Part shown: positions 58,688-64,000 of the stretch, piece after piece
How the letters are laid out: every line of letters starts with the position of its first letter
Numbering within the stretch: position 1 is the first letter of the stretch
From: Gammaproteobacteria bacterium
GTDB lineage: Bacteria; Pseudomonadota; Gammaproteobacteria; Eutrophobiales; Eutrophobiaceae
DNA length: 64,000 nt
NCBI GenBank assembly: GCA_965221695.1
Contig: OZ244905.1
Location: forward strand, 2,528,001 to 2,592,000
Direction: 5' to 3'
Position numbers and translations under genes: made by a program
The notes under the pieces: generated by a model
The model's database searches: none
Told to the model about the DNA's origin: nothing
What the model saw: the letters and a program-made list of their open reading frames with translations, nothing else

Positions 58688-59875
58688 TCATGGTTCCTGC
58701 TTGGCAATTCTTTTAATATAGTTCATTAATGTGGGAATGCCCGGGTAGTACAGTCCTTGATCCAGCGGGTTTGACTGCCAGATGTAACCTTCATTTATTA
58801 GTTTGTCTCTTGCTGTGTCAGGGGTCAGGTTCTCTGGCAATCTCTTGTCTATGGCATTAAATAGTGTTGTTAGATTATTTTCTGTTATGGTGTGATTGTT
58901 CTCAAAGTGATTGGCCAGTTGAATGGCTGGAAGAAGTAATTTTTCTTTTCTTATTTTGCTGTATCGATCGGCATAAAATGACTGTCTTTGAGTTTCTATT
59001 TCATTAAGCGATTGAGTGGCAATCTCTTTGTCTATATGTGTATGCTTTCGTGCTTGAAGCGTTTTGAACAGAGCTTCTCCCCAAAGCTGGGTAAAATAAG
59101 GATACCCCTGGCTGTCCTTGATTATGTTTCTCATGGTTTCGTCGTCGAATGTAATAGCATATTTTTTTAACGGATCGAGGATCGCTTTGAGAGAATCTTC
59201 CGCAGAAAGTAGTCCAGGGTAGATCTTGTAGTTTCTTTCCCAGAATGTTGAAGATAGTGTGCCGAGATGCTCCCGCAGACCGGGTGTTCCAGCCATGACG
59301 AGTAAGAACGGCGCTCTTTTTTTGGTTTTTTGACTGGCGTTCAGCAATGCTTGACCAACTGGTCGTTCAAGGTTATGAGCCTCGTCAAGTATCAGCAATG
59401 TCGGTTTCTTTAAACAGCGTTGTGTCAACGCAGTTGCAACGGTGGTGAATGCAACCTGCTGCTCCGGGTTGAGTTTTGCGCCTATGCTGGCTTCTGCGGG
59501 TATGCCAACAGGGACAGCAGAGGCGCTGGCCCTGATATTCCCTTCTAATCTGCTGAGCAGGTTTCTCTTATGACTGGCTGGCGCGAGGGCGTTTACAAGT
59601 TCCAGGGTTGTATTAATATCATCAGGCGTAAGGTCAATGATATCGATCTCTTCGGCTGCTTGTCTTGAAGTTTCTTTTTCTAGCCATGTGAGCAATGCTG
59701 TTTTCCCATTGCCGCGGGGTGCGCAAAGGAGAGTATCTTTGGATGGACTGCTTTGTTGTTTCAGTTCATTGATCAATGTGTGGAAATGGTGTTGTTCTGT
59801 CTGCCGTCCGGGGAAGGACGGGGGGACTTGTCCGATTCCTGGCCTGAAGGGATTAATGGTGTTTTCAGGGATCAT
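58688..59875 (-). CDS. AAA+ ATPase (AAA_16-like)
   Basis: NPFRPG.G..PP..PGR, Walker A APRGNGKT, Walker B LILDEAH, SQGYPYFTQL; AT-rich. Confidence 0.85.
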   Translation of the reverse strand: MIPENTINPFRPGIGQVPPSFPGRQTEQHHFHTLINELKQQSSPSKDTLLCAPRGNGKTALLTWLEKETSRQAAEEIDIIDLTPDDINTTLELVNALAPASHKRNLLSRLEGNIRASASAVPVGIPAEASIGAKLNPEQQVAFTTVATALTQRCLKKPTLLILDEAHNLERPVGQALLNASQKTKKRAPFLLVMAGTPGLREHLGTLSSTFWERNYKIYPGLLSAEDSLKAILDPLKKYAITFDDETMRNIIKDSQGYPYFTQLWGEALFKTLQARKHTHIDKEIATQSLNEIETQRQSFYADRYSKIRKEKLLLPAIQLANHFENNHTITENNLTTLFNAIDKRLPENLTPDTARDKLINEGYIWQSNPLDQGLYYPGIPTLMNYIKRIAKQEP

Positions 59876-59923
59876 GGTTTTGATGTCTGATCAATATTAG
59901 AATACGATGTATGGCAGTTTCGG

Positions 59924-60229
59924 TTACACCACCTCGGCATGGCCATGCAGCGCACGCAACGCATGCTCCGGGTCTGCGTACAGAATCCTCAGCAACGCTC
60001 GGGCTGGACCGGCTGGCTTTCTGCGACCCTGCTCCCAGTTTTCCAAGGTACGCTTGCTGACACCAAGCAGTGCAGCAAAATGCTTCTGACTCAGACCGGT
60101 CTTCTCGCGAATCTGCCTTACCTCCGGTTCGGAAAACCGGGTGACCCTGCCAGGTGGCAACTCGCCCCCGACTATCCGGTCCATCTCGTGCATGCTTTCC
60201 AGCAATTCATTGAACAGTTCTTTTTTCAT
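59924..60229 (-). CDS. XRE/HigA-like (NadS-type) HTH protein
   Basis: IREKTGLSQKHFAALLGVSKRTLENWEQGRRKPAGPARALL. Confidence 0.88.
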   Translation of the reverse strand: MKKELFNELLESMHEMDRIVGGELPPGRVTRFSEPEVRQIREKTGLSQKHFAALLGVSKRTLENWEQGRRKPAGPARALLRILYADPEHALRALHGHAEVV

Positions 60230-60269
60230 CTGACCACCCCCTTATACGCCTATGGCGTACCAAAGTCAA

Positions 60270-60420
60270 ATATTTTCTGTGTAGATTTTACTGACTAACC
60301 TGCGCCCCGTACCATTCCCGCGCAAGCGGGAATCCAGTAGACAAAGGGTCGCCCTGCGGGCGACACAGTATTACACTGGACTCCCGCTTTCGCGGGAGTG
60401 GTACGGAGGAATGCCTTGGC
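60270..60420. repeat. REP-like composite element family A
   Basis: Near reverse complement of 2538-2698. Confidence 0.85.
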
Positions 60421-60580
60421 CATGGAGTCGAATCCTGGCTGACATGACCTGACTTTCACGGAAGAGTTTGGCGCGCGTCCAACTATTCTTTCAGCCATGC
60501 TATGGATATATGTAATGAGTGCATTCTGATTGGCTGTATAATTCGCAAATCTTTTCTGAATGCAGCCTTGGAGAATAACA

Positions 60581-61300
60581 ATGACAAGAAATATCCAGGA
60601 AGTACCTCAAGAACAACATAACGAAGACCGGATACGGCGCGCCGAGAGCTGGCTCAAACGAAGCGAGGTGGCCGAGGCAAATCGCAAAAAAGCCGTATCT
60701 GATGAGGATAAGGCTGCTTTTGATTGCGAGCAGTTTATCTTTCTTTGGATAGCATTTAATGCCGCATATGGTCGCGAACTGCTTGATAATGATAGTGACG
60801 CCGACAACCCGACTGAGTCTAAAAAGTTTAACGAATTTTTAGCCAAAATCTTAGAACGAGATACGAAGCAAGCTATCAGAACCACGTTGTGGAGAACATT
60901 CTCCAATGCCACTCGTGAGCTTTTGGAAAATCATTACGTGTTCTATTTGTTCTGGCGTTCGCTCAAGGATGCCAATAACAGCATTAATTGGAGGCGCGAG
61001 TTCGAAAGACGAAATAAAACAGTGTCTTCAGCCCTACACGATCATGATATTCAAACAGTTCTTCGCGAGGTTTTCTCGAGACTTTATGTGCTCAGAAATC
61101 AACTATTTCACGGTGGCGCAACGTTTGCCACAGGTTGGGGCAAGTCTCAAGTCAGGGATGGGAGTCGTATCATGGCCAGACTTGTCCCAGCGATTCTAAA
61201 AATTATGGAGACAGACATGCAAAATAATCCCGCGTCAGATATTTGGGGACCCGTTGCATTTCCACGGGTCAATGAAGGTCCTGACCACGGGATAAGGTAA
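60581..61300 (+). CDS. HEPN-domain protein (putative RNase)
   Basis: FIFLWIAFNAAY and the Rx4H motif LRNQLFHGG. Confidence 0.75.
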   Translation: MTRNIQEVPQEQHNEDRIRRAESWLKRSEVAEANRKKAVSDEDKAAFDCEQFIFLWIAFNAAYGRELLDNDSDADNPTESKKFNEFLAKILERDTKQAIRTTLWRTFSNATRELLENHYVFYLFWRSLKDANNSINWRREFERRNKTVSSALHDHDIQTVLREVFSRLYVLRNQLFHGGATFATGWGKSQVRDGSRIMARLVPAILKIMETDMQNNPASDIWGPVAFPRVNEGPDHGIR

Positions 61301-61316
61301 AAAGGTTACCTCCCTG

Positions 61317-61343
61317 TGGGCGAGACACCCGCGCCCCCAAGGG
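61317..61343. repeat. REP-like element family B (reverse orientation)
   Basis: Reverse complement reads TGGGGGCGCGGGTGTCTCGCCCA. Confidence 0.45.
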
Positions 61344-61431
61344 CGGCTTAGCGCTATATCTTTTCCGACACAGCGCTTACAAGTTAAGGAAACTCAGCAG
61401 CTTTTTCCTCTTTGTCGATACGGAATAGAAT

Positions 61432-62130
61432 ATGGATCACGAACGCAAACAACATCTGCTGCGATTTTATAATCTGATCGATCAGCTCGAACAAAACATT
61501 GGCGGCGCTTGTAAGTTGTCTGAATGCACAGGTCGCATGAATTGGCCACAACGAGGTGTTTACTTCTTCAGAGAAGCAGGCGAGAACCGGGATCATACAA
61601 GCTCGGGGCGTCGTATAGTAAGGGTCGGCACACATGCCCTGAAGACAGGTTCTCGCTCCACGCTCTGGACACGGTTATCGCAGCATAAAGGACAGGCGCA
61701 AAGCGGCGGTGGCAACCATCGTGGTTCGATCTTCCGACTGATAGTCGGCACAGCCCTGATTAGACGAGACAGTCTCGATTACCCGACCTGGGGCCAAGGC
61801 AGCACCGCCAAATCCGAGATAAGACAGCAGGAGATATTACTGGAACAAGCTGTCAGTAGAGTCGTTGGAGCAATGCCGTTTCTGTGGCTGGACATTAACG
61901 ATGAACCTGGCCCTGACAGTCTCCGCGGGAATATAGAGCGCAATGCGATTGCGTTATTGAGCAATTACGGCAAAATGTCTCTTGACCCACCATCGCCCAC
62001 GTGGCTTGGTCAGTTCTGCAATCGTCCATTGGTAAGAGAGTCGGGGCTATGGAACCAGAACCATGTTGCTGAACGATACGACCCGGCTTTTCTCGATTCG
62101 TTGGAAGAACTGGTACACGACATGAAGTAA
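61432..62130 (+). CDS. GIY-YIG-like nuclease
   Basis: GVYFF ... IVRVG, LWTRLSQH, NHRGSIFR and IERNAI layout resembles GIY-YIG nucleases. Confidence 0.55.
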   Translation: MDHERKQHLLRFYNLIDQLEQNIGGACKLSECTGRMNWPQRGVYFFREAGENRDHTSSGRRIVRVGTHALKTGSRSTLWTRLSQHKGQAQSGGGNHRGSIFRLIVGTALIRRDSLDYPTWGQGSTAKSEIRQQEILLEQAVSRVVGAMPFLWLDINDEPGPDSLRGNIERNAIALLSNYGKMSLDPPSPTWLGQFCNRPLVRESGLWNQNHVAERYDPAFLDSLEELVHDMK

Positions 62131-62135
62131 ACATT

Positions 62136-62786
62136 ATGATAATCATTATTCAATGCGCAGCATCCAAACAACAAAATGCCGGCTATTTGCGCCGACAAGA
62201 AGGCCAAAAAGTTCTATTCGTTGCCGACCCGCGCAAAGCGCCGACCAATGAGCGCTACATACATGCTCATCCGGATGATATTTCAGATACTGGTAATTCA
62301 TGGCGGAAGGAACTGCTGAACTATAACGATGCTCCGGGTAACAACCCGTTCGGATTACTGCCCGCATGGAAACTTTATAAGAACCGAACTTATGGGCTCC
62401 TTGCAGAGCATTACGGATTGGAAAAACTCTATATTCTGTCGGCAGGATGGGGGTTAATTCCGGCGAACTTTTTGACACCTTGCTACGATATCACTTTCAG
62501 TAACCAGGCTGACACCTATAAACGCAGGAGAAAGCGGGATGACTACCGGGACCTGCAGATGCTGCCAACAGATACCAGGGAGGAAATAGTATGCTTTGTG
62601 AGCCAAGGCTATATCCCGCTGCTGAATGAACTGACAAAGAACATCAATGCGCCCAAACGCCTGTTTTACCGTAGCGAAAAAATCCCGTACGCGCCAGGTT
62701 TTAAATTATATGAGCATACCACCACAACACGGACCAACTGGCATTACGAGTGCGCCCGGAAGTTTATGAGCGAGACGACTGCATAA
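62136..62786 (+). CDS. DUF6884/YaaA-like protein
   Basis: IIQCAASK, PAWKLY, YILSAGWGLI and YDITF; 5 nt after the upstream stop. Confidence 0.55.
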   Translation: MIIIIQCAASKQQNAGYLRRQEGQKVLFVADPRKAPTNERYIHAHPDDISDTGNSWRKELLNYNDAPGNNPFGLLPAWKLYKNRTYGLLAEHYGLEKLYILSAGWGLIPANFLTPCYDITFSNQADTYKRRRKRDDYRDLQMLPTDTREEIVCFVSQGYIPLLNELTKNINAPKRLFYRSEKIPYAPGFKLYEHTTTTRTNWHYECARKFMSETTA

Positions 62787-62837
62787 GCCGGGTAAACTTT
62801 TCAAAGATACTATGTTGATTGGTACGCTTGAGTACAT

Positions 62838-62882
62838 TATTTGACTGGACTCCCGCTTTCGCGGGAGTGGTACGGAGGCATG
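62838..62882. repeat. REP-like element family A (single hairpin)
   Basis: TATTTGACTGGACTCCCGCTTTCGCGGGAGTGGTACGGAGG. Confidence 0.8.
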
Positions 62883-63067
62883 AACAAGCTTGGGTTAACA
62901 GTTACGCCGGGTGCTGATCATGAGGGTTGAGCTTCCCGATACATAATATGGATGAGTGTTCAGTAGGAAACCGGGATTGCCTTACCGACATTCTCAGCAT
63001 ATGATTGAATGATTATGCTTATCAGCAGTCAAATCAAAGAACATCTTTAGAAAAACCATCCGGTTCA

Positions 63068-63280
63068 ATGTATAGAACAATCCTATTACTCGCGCTAGCC
63101 AGTTTCACGGCTATGGCGCAGCAGGCGGCGGATGTTTCCGAAGCTGAGGCTGCGCAAGCCCAAGAGGGAACAGGGGAGCCGCAGGCTGAGCAGGAAATCG
63201 TCGATGCTGCGCCGGATATCTTCGACCCGACTGAGGAGGTTTCCGAGGATTATCCCGTGGATTTTCCTGTAGACATATAA
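63068..63280 (+). CDS. Small acidic exported protein
   Basis: Signal peptide ending AMA; C-terminal FDPTEEVSEDYPVDFPVDI. Confidence 0.65.
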   Translation: MYRTILLLALASFTAMAQQAADVSEAEAAQAQEGTGEPQAEQEIVDAAPDIFDPTEEVSEDYPVDFPVDI

Positions 63281-63297
63281 CCCGGATCAGCCCTGTT

Positions 63298-64000
63298 ATG
63301 AAATTTAATCGGACAACAGACTTTTTCTACCAGTTATTTACGCTGATCGCTGCGATCATCATCGTTCATGCGGTATATGTTGCGGTGATCCGGCCGAACG
63401 CGGAAGCCCTGTTGGAGGAGCAACGCATACAGCAGGAGGCGGGCGCCAGCTATGAGGTCAAGCGTTCCGTCTATATTGTGATCAAGGACTTTGAACAGGA
63501 GGCCTGTTTTATCCTGGCATTGTGGGTCGTGGCCATCATCGGCCTGAAGGCCCGGTTTGCGCTCTCCGAAAGACGGCTGCTGAGCCGGTCCCTGCTGGAA
63601 GTGGCGCCCGGCGCGACTATCCTGCCCGAGGATACCCGGCAATACATCAGGCCGTTACAGGCGCTGCCGGAAAACGAACGGGAATACCTGTTGCCGCGGG
63701 CGTTGCAGGCGGCCCTGCAACGGTTCGGGTCCACCGCGGATATACAAGATGTGTCCTCGGCCATCAGAGAGATATGCGAGACCGAATCCGACCGGCTGGA
63801 TTCCGAGTTGTCGATGATCAGGTACATCATCTGGGCGATACCTTCCATCGGCTTCATCGGCACCGTGCGCGGCATCGGCGAAGCCCTGGGGCAGGCCCAC
63901 CGCGCAGTGGAAGGCGATATTGTGGGCGTAACCGTGAGCTTGGGAGTGGCCTTCAACTCCACGTTCATCGCACTGATTATCAGCATCTTCATCATGTTCC
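63298..64000 (+). CDS. MotA/TolQ/ExbB proton channel family protein (runs off the window end)
   Basis: Not in the ORF track; manual translation MKFNRTTDFFYQLF...WAIPSIGFIGTVRGIG...LGVAFNSTFIAL. Confidence 0.9.
   Translation, partial: MKFNRTTDFFYQLFTLIAAIIIVHAVYVAVIRPNAEALLEEQRIQQEAGASYEVKRSVYIVIKDFEQEACFILALWVVAIIGLKARFALSERRLLSRSLLEVAPGATILPEDTRQYIRPLQALPENEREYLLPRALQAALQRFGSTADIQDVSSAIREICETESDRLDSELSMIRYIIWAIPSIGFIGTVRGIGEALGQAHRAVEGDIVGVTVSLGVAFNSTFIALIISIFIMF

Noticed and set aside
63298-64000. Zorya ZorA assignment for the MotA-like gene next to the defence-like island
   Set aside because: The visible part resembles the short TolQ/ExbB-like family and no ZorA tail or zorB can be seen; the gene is cut by the window edge, so this is not fully excluded.

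Overview
Chromosomal window of a gammaproteobacterium-like genome (probably marine or host-associated; this is inference from gene content). It starts near the origin with rsmG-parA-parB. Housekeeping and repair genes include a YbdK-type ligase, a PA0069-type radical SAM protein, an AddAB-type helicase-nuclease pair and an M48 peptidase. Catabolic loci include a reductive-dehalogenase-like gene with a small membrane partner, a TonB receptor/FAD oxidoreductase/kinase locus and an ATP-dependent lactamase (hydantoinase A/B) cluster. The top candidate for a new system is a 13-kb cluster (39161-52424) that joins tartrate uptake/oxidation genes to a complete hydroxycinnamate route (secreted esterase, TonB receptor, CoA ligase, hydratase-lyase, vanillin-type dehydrogenase), suggesting a dedicated pathway for hydroxycinnamoyl-tartrate esters such as caftaric or chicoric acid. 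The right end carries an uncharacterised envelope operon (lipoproteins, TPR, PEGA+FGE-sulfatase, MotA/TolQ/ExbB) split by a small defence-like island (AAA ATPase, HEPN, GIY-YIG-like + DUF6884-like pair). A 261-bp IS701-type MITE disrupts a DUF62 gene, and a 29-bp collapsed copy abuts a beheaded SDR gene. Two REP-like families and several toxin-antitoxin remnants are also present. No rRNA, tRNA or CRISPR array was seen. All family assignments are by eye from motifs, without database searches.
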